DNA of 64,000 nucleotides, taken from Harriotta raleighana (lineage: Eukaryota). The translations under genes and the position numbers were made by a program. Below the pieces are notes generated by a model. The model did no database searches, was not told the DNA's origin, and worked only from the letters and a program-made list of their open reading frames with translations. Shown piece after piece: positions 12,295-23,630 of the stretch. Where the stretch lies: contig JBNZDD010013656.1 in assembly GCA_050575255.1 (NCBI GenBank), positions 2,043,485-2,107,484 on the forward strand. The letters are read 5' to 3'. Position 1 is the first letter of the stretch; every line of letters begins with the position of its first letter.

Positions 12295-12832
12295 TTGGAT
12301 CAATGCGTAGCTTATCTGCGATTGACTCAATCTCTCCCTTATTTTCAGATAAGGGAACCTCGCTCCCAAGTTTGTCTGCGGGAGAAGCTCCGCGAGTATA
12401 TTCTGAAAAGGCTAACGTGTGCGTTTCAAACGTGTTGCAGTCATTCCTGCGGGCAGTGACGGGCTCGGGTTTGATGCCGTAGTGTCTGCTGGAAGGCAAC
12501 ACCGGGAAGGACAAGGTCCCCGGGATGGGATCTAACCAGGAGCGCATGTACCTGGGGTCAGGCGCGGCGATGGGCGTCTGGTGAATGTAGGGATGATAAA
12601 CAGTGGGCACATTGGCAGAGCTCTGGCTGTGAACAGGGCTCCAAGAGGTGCTGAACACCGTGGCTTTGGACTGGAAGCTACACGAGGAGAAGTCGGGGTG
12701 CTCAGGGAGGGCTGGCTGCCTGGGGGGCTGAGCCAGTGGAACCGGTGCGTATCTGGACGGCAGCAGATCCTCGTTGTCGTGCATGATGAGCGAGTCGACA
12801 TAATAAGTGCTGAGGGTCCCCGGTGTGGACAT
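12295..12832 (-). CDS. HOXA9: HoxA9 exon 1
   Basis: MSTPGTLSTYYVDSLI...FSSCSFQSK...YMRSWLDP...HYGIKPEP (PG9 N-terminal motifs). Donor A|GTAAGT; 538 nt. Confidence 0.95.
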
Positions 12833-13080
12833 TTTCCAGAGATAAAAAAAAATAAAACCCGGCCGAGAGAGAGAAAAAAAAAGCTCCCCGTGAAAATATG
12901 AAAGAAGCAAGAATTCAATGTAACAACTTGCCGCCCGAACGAGTCCGGGCCGTTAATATGCTGCAGACGCTCTGCCCCGCCATTGGTCAGGGCCCCCACG
13001 TGATTAATACAACAACAATGGAATATAAATCAATCCGCAGGTTGCTACAGGGTCAATGTTTTATAGTCATAATTTTATAC
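12833..13080 (-). promoter_or_regulatory. HoxA9 5'UTR and proximal promoter
   Basis: CCAAT (ATTGG at 12982-12986), E-box CACGTG at 12997-13002 and TTTTAT Cdx/Hox-type sites at about 13059-13078. Confidence 0.55.
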
Positions 13081-15184
13081 AGCAACACCATATGGTTTTT
13101 AATGCAATGGGGGGTGTAATCGCCTCTGTAATAGCGAGGCGTGTTTTTTTTTTTTTTTTTTTGCGCGATGACCAGCTGAGCTTCTTTCGCGGCTCTCTTT
13201 TCCTAGGGACTATTTTATGCCGTAATCAATCTCTTCCCATCAAGTCGCTCGTTTTCTTAACGAACACCTTATAATCGTTAACCTTCGCATAACGATAATA
13301 CTACTAATAATAATAATAAAAAAAAGATGATGGGGGGAGTGAAACTGTAAACTGCATGGGTGGGTGGGTGGGAGAGATGCAACCAGTAAAGAGTTTGGAC
13401 AGGTATCTGATATTAGTGCTTAGGGTTTTTTTTTGTCTTGAAAGAAACGGGCCCTTAACAAATAAAAATCTGCAATGAAGTTATGTAAAGTGTGCCTCTG
13501 GGAAGCATTCAGTTTACCTGCTGCTGTGAAAAAAAAACCCTCTAGTTTCTTCAATGGAAGGCACGTAAAAATATACTCGAGGCGTTTCCATTTTATAACA
13601 GGTTGAGCAATAAAACTTCATGTTAGCAAACTACAGCCGTTCCAAAAGGATATTTTACCTACCGTGTGGCACAATTAATCACTGCTTCCGTTTGCAACGT
13701 GTGATTTTGCTCGGCAGATACGAATACGGCTACGAATGTGTTTCTTCACCAGGTGTACAATTCTACCGGATTTTGGCTTCCGACTCTTGGGTGTCTTGTT
13801 TCACTCTTTCATTTACGGGCTCTGAGGAGAGTAAAATTGGAAAGCTTCCCACCACACCGGCAGTAACATCCAAGTGCAATATTCGGGAAATGTATCTGTT
13901 ATACAGTCAATAACAATTAAAAACCCAAGCAACACGTAAAACAGACGTATAAATGTATATACATATATCAGATTGATATTTATATCGAGTAAGAGATCGC
14001 CGTTAAGCTTGGCTACACACGTTGGCTTTAATATAACGATATTCGCACATTCGTCCAACTTAAAAGCTGACTTTATCCAAGGGAAATTCAGTAGGCCTGC
14101 GTCTGAGCTTCACAACATGTATTCTGTATTGAGCAGTCTCCTCAAATAATGGGGAAATCGGACAATTCGGATGCCGTAAACAGCTTATGTTGGAGGAGAT
14201 CAATGTTGAGGGAATCATTTACTTTTGCAGTGAATGAACTTGCAATCGTAACGTTTTGATAACGTGATTTAAGGGAGAATTTATGGCGACCAGGACGGAA
14301 ATCTTGCAATTTTCTTACCGAGGTAATTATATTAATGCGATTTTTTTTTAAAAACACCATTACATTGTATTTCCCCCCACATGACAGTCTGAGACTGTGC
14401 GTTTGTTTGTATAACACGAGTGTCCAGATTTAACTGTACACATTGAGAATATTTACACCACAGCTCCATCCCGGTCATATAATGTTACGATTTACTTTTA
14501 CTGATCTTAAAGCACGTTTAATGTTATCATAAATATGCGCAAAGTTGAAAGGAAATTTCCGAAAGGAGAAACTTACCTTCGTTTTAAAACGCTCGGATCT
14601 TGTTCGAAGACAAACAGTAACATGACTCGAGGCGGTGAACGCTGTAGATTTGTAAGTGTATCTTATTTTTTAAAAAAGCATTATTCTGGGATTGTTTTAC
14701 GGTTCTTTCCACATTATATTCGGGGTAGGAAGAGGGGGGGGGGGGGGCGGGGGGCGGTGGGGGAAGGTTCAAGGCTCCTTCTTTGGGCCCCAAAATGTAA
14801 AACGATTGAAACTAATTCTCCCCCCCTCAACAGAATGCGCTTGATGGGCAAACGTTAAAGCTAACGTAAAATTGTCACACGTTGCCTGAAAATAAGCTTG
14901 AAGCAATTGTGCTTTTGCTTGAGGTAGAAAACGCAGAAGTACGCATTAAACAAAGACAAGTATCGGATCCCATATTTAAGCCAGCGTGGCTGAATCCACA
15001 CGGCTTGCTTCCCCAAACGCTTGCTTGTGGCCCAGGTTAACTCGTTTCTCCCCACTGATATTACCATTCTTTCCCTTTCCTCCCCCCACTTGTGGGTCTG
15101 TTTTTCTCCCGGTTCAGATTGTTTTCGCTTCATTCCTTTGGTTTGCAATTCTGGCCATTTCCCCCTTTGATTGCCGCCTGTGCN

Positions 15185-15222
<38 letters not shown>

Positions 15223-18200
15223 ACCCCACCCCACTCACTCGCTCCCCTCCGCGCCAGCCGTGGGCTCCTGACCAGCGGAGTGTTACAGCGGAGTCGGCGG
15301 GGTGCTGTGGTCTGGAGCAGAATTGAGAACAATTCAAGTCCAAAGCGGGGAAAGGGTTTTGTGTTTCCTGTGCAGCTGGCCTGAAACTAGGATTCACACA
15401 CACCCTCTGGGTTTGCAACGCGAATTCATTAACTTATCTGATATATTATACAGTGCTCTGCAACTGCATCGTGTGCACAATCCTTCTCCAATCGAAAATA
15501 CCCCGCGCTGTTGAATATATTCTGTTGCAAGTGTTTTGAAGAAATTTAAACTACGACCTTGGAATGCGTCGCGTCTTGTGATACCTAAAGATTTATAGTT
15601 TGGGTGTGAAATGCTTGATTTTGATCATCGTAGATATATATATGTTGCCAATTGCATCGTGAATTCTCGTTTGTTTCTTGCATTGATTTACATAGTTTTA
15701 GAGCTGGTTTCCAATATTGTTGTGCTGTCCGGGTTGGAGTTTTGGCCAGGCTCTTCCAAGAATTGTGTGTGGAAGTTCACCTCACACAAGTTGTTTACAA
15801 GTTAAAGGTTGCAGACCAGGAATTTTACATTTCAAACCCGAGAAGGAAAGCAAACTATTTCACGCGAGTGGATAGAACTCAAGAAAGATATCAGAGTAAA
15901 TTATTATTCAAACCCCAAATCAATTCTTCTGCATTGTAGGAAATACTTGATATATGTTTCGATTCTAATCTTAAAACGGGCATGTATATTCGGACTATGT
16001 CCCGCTTTTAATGCATGGTGAAGTGCATGGTCTGCAGATAACAAGAGAAAACTGCTTTCTACACCCTGATTTGGGGCTTCGTGTGCTTTCTTTTTTTTTC
16101 GTTTGCATTAAAAGCGTTCAAAAGAAATCATGAAATATATCAATAATACAAGAATGTCTTGGTGGGTGAAATGGGTGACTCCCAACCTTCGAAAATTAGG
16201 TAAATTCGCAAGTGCATTAAAGGTTTTCTCAACTAAGTAAAATATAAATCGAAAACACATCAGCAAGATTAGACAAAGAACACCATCCCCCAACGCCCTC
16301 CAAAATAAAATAGTACAACAGTGGGATAAAACTGCGCGATTAAATTCCCAACGCATAAAAACGAAGGAAACTTGCACAAATTCCGTTTTTTTTATGGCTT
16401 TNATTCCCAACGCATAAAAACGAAGGAAACTTGCACAAATTCCGTTTTTTTTTATGGCTTAATGTGATTTAAAGGGAACTTTAAAAACTGACGCCCGTAT
16501 TTCCATTCAGATAACATCTGTGTGAAGATGTTGCCCGTTTGTGGGCAAACAGCGTTCAAGAACAACAGTGTCTTCAAAGTACTTTAATCTCGTTCATGTT
16601 TTTTCCCTGTATACTGAATGACTTGACAAAGACGTCCAAGAAGATTTGAACAATAAAATCACAAATAACCAAAGGATGGAGACGTCTGTATGAAACAATT
16701 CAAATTAGGCTGAACCGACCCAAAATTACATCTGAATGCTGCGTTTGGGAAACAAAAAGTATACCAAGTGAAGATGTTCTCAAACAGCAAAGTTGTTGTG
16801 GGAAATAGTTGTTTTCCAAAAATAATGGTAAATAAAACCCAACCGCCCCCAAAACAACAGCAATAATAAAAGAAAGCTCTACAACAAAAAAAGGTTACAT
16901 TTCATGCACTATATTTTAAAAGAAAACCGATAAATTAGTAAAAAAAAGAAACTTACAAACGATTTACTGCTCTATATTTAAAAAATTCGTGTAATGAAAT
17001 GTGCCTCCAAATTAGAAGGTGTGCATAATATCAGTGACCCCCACCCTCCCCCCCAGTAAAGGTGTACATTTCCAGGAAAGAAAAACTTACAAATTAATAG
17101 CATAAACAAATAGGAAGCCAACGTGTGCACTTGACATATAGCTAACAGCATGTTGGCCTCGCCAGACATACTTTAAAAAAATTATAGTCATATTGTTCGA
17201 ATCAAGCATCTTACACAAGGATCCCACTGATTTCCCTCCAAAGTATATTTTATATCAAAATACAATAAGACATAGTAACGATAGAGGAAATAGTTATACA
17301 TGTGTTTGATTTGCAATGTATTTTGAATAGGATCTGATCGCTGCCGAAGTAATGAAATAGCCATGTATATAGGACACATGTTATATACATATGAGAGTGT
17401 GGATTGTTGAACTGTTTGATGATACAAAAGATACATTTGTTTCCTAAATTGTTTTATTTTTCACCAAATAAAATATTCTTAAACGGAGTTTTATCAAGCA
17501 TTCAAACATCTGTTTCGCAGCATGCGATACCTGCATTGGTTTTAAATCGACTGATAAAACACATCACATGAACACCGTAACTGTGCTAATTGAAATTAAA
17601 TGTATCTTTTTTCTGAAAAATGCATTTGTAGGGAACTTGCAAAAATCATTCGAAGCTGGTTTACATATACAGAAATGCTTTCCTCCCACGTGGGGAGGAA
17701 AACATGCATTGGACTCCTCAAGATTGTTACCATGTTTAACGGGTTTGTTTTTCAGAGTGTGTTTCTTAATATAAATTAATTGAAAACTTCACTGGCGAGA
17801 TTGCACACAAAAACTGTTCGAATTCTGTACCACTAAATGCTTCGATTGGTTAAAACCTGACAATGGAAACCGGATCTGCCATTTAAATAGCCAACCCACC
17901 AGATAAAATGCCTTGGTGTTTGTTTACCTGCTTTCCTTAGATTAAAGCTTCTGTTTGTCTCGTCTAAATAGCCAGTATAATAGCATGTCTGCTCTCTGTG
18001 TTTAGTCTGGTTTCCTGCAGCGGCAGGTCTCCAACAGAGAAGCAATACCGCTACCGTCCACAGAGGTCGCTGCTTCCCAGATTGAAACAAATTTACGCGC
18101 CTAGGCGCCATGTAATCATTATAACTGAGGCCTTGTTCCTTTCAAGTAATTTCTTTGTCTTTCACTTGGTGGAATACATATGCTTAAAACACGTACACTA

Positions 18201-18857
18201 ATATATCACTTCCTGCAGTCCCGGCTTATTTCCGATTTTCACTGGGAATTATAAGATCAATCATGAGGAGAATACACCCCAAAAAATATGCACTGTTTAA
18301 GCAATATTAACTTGATGCTGAAACATTTATTACGAACAAAGAGGAATTCTCGATGCATGTATTTACGCTGCGGTGGGGATGAAATTAGTTACATCCTGAA
18401 AATATCTGCTGCGAGTCAGTATCGACGAGAAACGACATTTAAATCACGATTCGGAAGCACAATCACAGTCTAGCAGAAATCTAAAATTGATCAAATAATC
18501 AAATTACACGTGAACTTGATCCTTCTTAGGAAATATGAACCCAATGCACAGAAACCTTTCGCAATTTCCAATTGGCAATAACTTTTTTTTAAAAGAAAAA
18601 GTAAATCCATGCTAGATTGCAAACCGAAGCACAGACTCTTCTTTTATTTTATAAACAATGAAAGTTGCATTGCTATCGAGAACGCTTAACAGAGAAGCTC
18701 TTGATATCCCTCGTATAAAACACTCAGAATTTCTAAAATAAATACTGCCAGATTACTGCTTACAACATGTGTTTCTCAGTTAGTTAAACGTGTTATTTGG
18801 TAAAGTGATGTTTTTTTATATATCCAAACCAGCGATAGATTCACTGGCGAAGTCGAT

Positions 18858-18941
18858 AACTGCAGTAATTCGAGCAGTTTCGTGTTGTAGAGTTAGACTC
18901 GAGCCCCAACAACATGAAACTACCTAAATCACACATCAGTT
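18858..18941 (-). ncRNA. MIR196: miR-196 precursor hairpin (mature 5p at 18905-18926)
   Basis: Plus strand CCCAACAACATGAAACTACCTA is the reverse complement of UAGGUAGUUUCAUGUUGUUGGG. The 3p arm CUACAACACGAAACUGCUCGA pairs back and the basal stem AACUG...CAGUU closes the hairpin. Canonical position between Hox9 and Hox10. Confidence 0.97.
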
Positions 18942-20884
18942 CTATCTTGGTTCTTTAGATTCCCATCACCGTACACAAATGGGAATGTTTTAAGGCATAT
19001 TCATGAAATTCACTAAAATCCAACAGACACATTTTCTACACCCTTAATCGCTTGTGGTTTAACGGATCACCGAAAACAAAACCTGGTCTTTTCAGCGGCT
19101 AATACTATACTTCATTTTAATCATTTTACACAAATCAGTTTTCGCCTTGCAGATCGAAATAGCATTTAATTGAAAAGATTTCACTGCCAATTCAGCATGA
19201 GAATAATTATGATTTCCGCATTAAATATGGCGAGTTCTTTATTATGCCTGTTCGGGACTTCACGTGGAATGAATACATCTTAGTCATTTAGGTAAATATA
19301 ATCCATAGTAACTTGTCCGTACTGCAATAATCACGAGTTCAAGGTTTGGCTCAAGAAAAGAACCAGTCAGATGACACAGTCCATCTAGACGTCTTTTCTT
19401 TTGTTCCTTCTCCCACACCCCCCACTAGATAGATTGTAAATTTCACCGGTACAGTAACTTGAGCTTGTACACGTTAAAATTATGTTCTTATTGTTTTTTT
19501 TTTTAAAAAACTATCAAGAATACAGCATGTTTAGCTATTATCATTGGTATTCCTTCAAAAATAAATCCCTGCAGGAAAACAGGCCTTAACATTCATTCTC
19601 CTCACATATCTTACCTTCACCATTTAATGCCTTCGGGCTTCTTATCCTTGCAAAAAGCTGATTTTATTCGATTTCTCAGAATCTTCTGAATTTGCTGATT
19701 AAAAGATCTGAAGTGCATTAGGGAGCAAAGAAAATCAATCCCCTACATCAGAGCAGTGCTCTGCACCCTCTTTCTTCGTGGCTGTTCGCTCAACTGAAAC
19801 CACTCGTCCAAGACAGCAACAACCCAGATATACTAGCAAGTCATAAAACTCAACAAAAGCCGACAAACGTTACAGCACCATTGCTATATAGCCCAGACAA
19901 ATTACGACCGTCTAGGTAATATTTAAATGCATTGGAACAGCGATTGCCAGTGTTTAAATGCACTATTCCTGTTGTAAACTTTCTGAATAGAAAAGGCAAG
20001 AAAAGAGACGAACACAAAATTAAGTAAAAAAATAAAAGAAGTATATATATATATAAAATTATGTACATATTTCTGTCTCGAAGGAATCCGACGAAATGTT
20101 TTTATTCATCGTTCATGAAAACACAAGGTCTCTTTTTTTTAACATACACAGTGCAGCAGCAAAGGACTGAGAGCATATTCTGAGTCCTGCAGTATAAGTA
20201 GCTCCTCTTTTCATACACCAAAACATATCAATTATATATATCCCTTTGCTTGCTTTCTTCTTAAAGGTGATTTGACAGTAATGGATTCAACACGCGACAT
20301 TGCTACCTTTTTATGTTTGCCACAATAATCCACATGTTTAAATGTGCTCGGATGCATCCGGTCTCTCAAGGTATGTGATATCATTATGTAAAAGCACACT
20401 TTACAGAATATCCACATTTAAGTTCTACGAACGTGTCAGCATACGGCGTTTACTTTTTGGGACTAATTTTTTTTTGAACAGAATGGGTATCTGCATTTAA
20501 ACGTTACAAAGTTGACTGCACTTAGCTGATAATTGGCAACTAACACACAATTAAAATATTGTTGACATTGGTTTCCCCACTATTGTCTGGAAAATTATCA
20601 TTACAGGCTGATAACTTCTGTACATGGCTTGCTTATCAATGGCAATACTTTCTTAATATTATCTTCATCATCATCATCATCATTAGTATTATAGCGACAA
20701 AACAGATTACCGCCACAACCAAAAAACAAAACACGTAGTTTGTAAATATCTACAACCAGCCTGAAGCTGGAAAGTCAGAGGTAAGTGGAAAAGTTTTTCA
20801 GTCTCTCAGTAATAATAGCACAACTTCTCAATGTCCCGCTGGAATCTGTAAACCAGTGTGTGTTTGTGTGTGTGTTTTTGTTTA

Positions 20885-21159
20885 TCATGAAAAGCTGAAG
20901 TTAGCTGTTAGCTCCCGGATCCTGTTCTCACGATTCATTTTCTTGAGTTTCATCCTGCGATTTTGAAACCAGATTTTGACCTGCCTGTCAGTCAGGTGGA
21001 CACTGCGGCTTATCTCTAGGCGACGCTCTCGAGTCAGGTACATATTGAAGAGAAACTCTTTTTCCAGCTCCAGGGTTTGGTGTTTGGTGTAAGGGCATCG
21101 TTTTTTCCTGCCACTCTTTGCAGTTAGCCAGTTGGCCGTATTTTCTGATTTTACTTCCC
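20885..21159 (-). CDS. HOXA10: HoxA10 exon 2 (homeodomain)
   Basis: Acceptor CTAG|GG, then [86 protein letters not shown] (ISRSVHLTD is typical of A10). 275 nt; joined CDS 344 aa. Confidence 0.97.
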
Positions 21160-21207
21160 CTAGTGAGCAAGAGAGCAAAAAAAAAGGAGACACAAGAGAC
21201 GAAAGGT

Positions 21208-21241
<34 letters not shown>

Positions 21242-21275
21242 AGAGTGAGAGAGGGAGAGAGAGAGAGAGAGAGAG
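21208..21275. repeat. (GA)n microsatellite forming the polypyrimidine region of the HoxA10 intron
   Basis: Direct inspection. Confidence 0.9.
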
Positions 21276-22759
21276 GAGTAAACAGAACAGGGAGAGTTAA
21301 CTATATTTTGTCAAATAAATTCAAATTAGGATCTTGCTTTGAGGTGGTGAAGTCATTTACAGGCTGGATTTTCTGTTTGTTTCCTCAGTATAGCTTTCCG
21401 CGGGCTATTCAATAGTTAAAATGTGTATTGGTGTTAGTTTTGAATAGCACTTACAAAATAATTTGCGTCAGCACGGAAAATTGGCTGCCGCTTGTACAAC
21501 AGAGACGCACATCCCACTGAATGCACAAAACACACAACGAGCATATTTCTAATTACTTCGTAACATAGAGATAAGTTCTTCAATGCCAAGCCCGTTCAAG
21601 AAAAGGGAGAATTGAATGTATTTCAACTAAAATCGAAATTATTTCGTAATGTCTTGTTTTTTCAAGCCTGCTCTACAACGTTTATTTATTAGTTAACGTT
21701 TTCGCTTTGATACCTGGCGTTTCATATTCGAAATTGTTTTAAAAACTAAAATCTGTGTGGATTGATTTGAAGTGAACTTTCTGATTATTCTGTTTGATTT
21801 TATAGAATCATTTCATGCAGTGATTTGATATAATCATTTCATGCAATAATTTCGTTCAAATTCTTATTCTACAAAATCCCTAAATACATGCTCAACGATT
21901 TCCACATGGAAGAAATGTATGTTGAAATCCTAAGTAAAATCCAAATAATGTGCAGAGTCCACTTTTTAGTGCCAATTTAGTGTATTTCTTTCCAATACCA
22001 TTTCGGAGCTCAGCTTACCAGCGTTGTCCTGATATTCAGTTACCAGGGCTCATTTTCAACTATGTCTATAATTCAACAAAATTGGCCAAGTGTTCTCCTT
22101 TTAAAAATCATCAGATCCAGATGAAAAACAATGAGATAGTTTCGTCACCATTGGGATGTTTCAAGATCATTACCACCCAGCGGTTTTTTTTAAAACTCTT
22201 TTTAAACTCTGAAATGATTTCCTCCAGGTTTATCTTCACAAGTTCGTTAGCAGAAAACCCCTCATTCTTATTGTTACTTTCGTTTCTGTTGTCTTGATGT
22301 TTTTTTCCACGCAATTTATCAGATTTCCAATGCACAAAAGAGCGACCATTGGTTGAAACTGATTCACAGCTTCAGGTTAGGTTTCTTGCATTTAAAATTG
22401 CATTTCAGGAATATTAGTATAGTCACAAATAGCCCCATATATATTTACACATCTTCAAGATTTTGAGGATTTTTCTCAATAAAGTTTATACTTTCTTTCT
22501 GGATACCAACGCAGGATCATAAAATATCACTATGTTCCTTAGAGTATTATTTATTGGCTGCCTTTTGTTTACTTTGGACACTGTGTGCAAATATGTCCTA
22601 CTATGCAGCACACTTAAATAACTCTAGAAATGAATCGTGGTTTTGTAACTTATCTGACAAGTTTAAACTGTGGCTACAATTGACTCCAGAGCGTGGGCTC
22701 ATGCAATAAACTATATTGGGCATTAATTTTTACAGCATAGCTCACGCCCAAAAATGGAA

Positions 22760-22773
22760 AGTTCACAAGGTCA
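22760..22773 (+). promoter_or_regulatory. DR2 nuclear-receptor (RARE-type) element in HoxA10 intron
   Basis: AGTTCA-CA-AGGTCA, a perfect RGKTCA-n2-RGKTCA, about 100 nt from the exon 1 donor. Confidence 0.7.
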
Positions 22774-22870
22774 CAAGAACACCCCCCTTTGTTAAACTTG
22801 TTAACTGTACTTGCCACGTTTACCCCTCCTGAGGTCTGTGCAGAGTCCATCTGGTATAATATTTACCTAC

Positions 22871-23630
22871 CTTTTGTTTCCTTCTCAGGAGAGTTTTTGC
22901 TGTTCTCTGAAGGTTCGGTAGACGTTTCTTCATTAGCTGAAGAAGCTTGAACCTCTACTTCTTCCCTCTCCGAACCGCAGGTTAAATGACCAGGGGATGT
23001 CCCCTCACTTCCTTTCCTCCCCAACTTACTCGGGGTCGTAGCTGAAGCAGAGGGGGTTCCGAAACGGATCTGAGACTGGGGCACGAATGAAGAGGCCCCA
23101 GCCTGTCCAGTGTTGCTATAAAGTGTCTGTTTGGATGTCGGATAGGCTTGGGACAGGCGGAAGTAGCCGGGGACAGGAACCCCGCCGCTATCAGTACTGT
23201 CATTAATGGAGCACGATTCTGATGTCAGTCTTGGGAATGTGGAGAGATCTGTGGCAGTCGCGCTTTTGGGACATTTCTCAGAGTCATACAAGCAATATGC
23301 GTTTTCTTCCTTGATACTCTGGGGGAAGGAACACGCTGCCACTTGCTGGGTTGCAGGTTGCTCCATGCGACAAGCCCTGGGAGGATCTGACCAAACTTCC
23401 ATCCCGCTCATGTACGGATGAGAAGTCAGGATCATGCTCTGAGGGTTGTTCTCGCTTCGTTTGCTCAAAGATGGGAAAAGTCCACAATTCTGGATGCCGT
23501 AAGACAGATCAGACGCAGGCGGCAGGTACAGGCTGTTGTTGGGGTAGTAAGTCCCGTCCCCACCGCGGCCCACGCTGATCAGAGAATCTACTAAAAAGGA
23601 GTTTGCAGCCGGGCTGTCTGAGCATGACAT
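22871..23630 (-). CDS. HOXA10: HoxA10 exon 1
   Basis: MSCSDSPAANSFLVDSLIS...IKEENAYCLYDSEKCPK...VPVPGYFRLSQAY. Donor G|GTAGGT; 760 nt. Confidence 0.95.

Noticed and set aside
12833-12910. N-terminal extension of HoxA9 in the ORF track
   Set aside because: It begins at TTG and runs through a pyrimidine-rich leader; the conserved start is MSTPGTL.
14861-15418. 185-aa and 132-aa ORFs with poly-Gly or poly-Pro
   Set aside because: Built across a poly-C run containing an N; the same holds for ORFs at about 2440-2740, 37420-37760 and 56660-56880.
16344-16460. Short exact tandem repeats as biological elements (also near 53.9, 56.4 and 56.8 kb)
   Set aside because: Each pair flanks an N, typical of unmerged contig overlaps.
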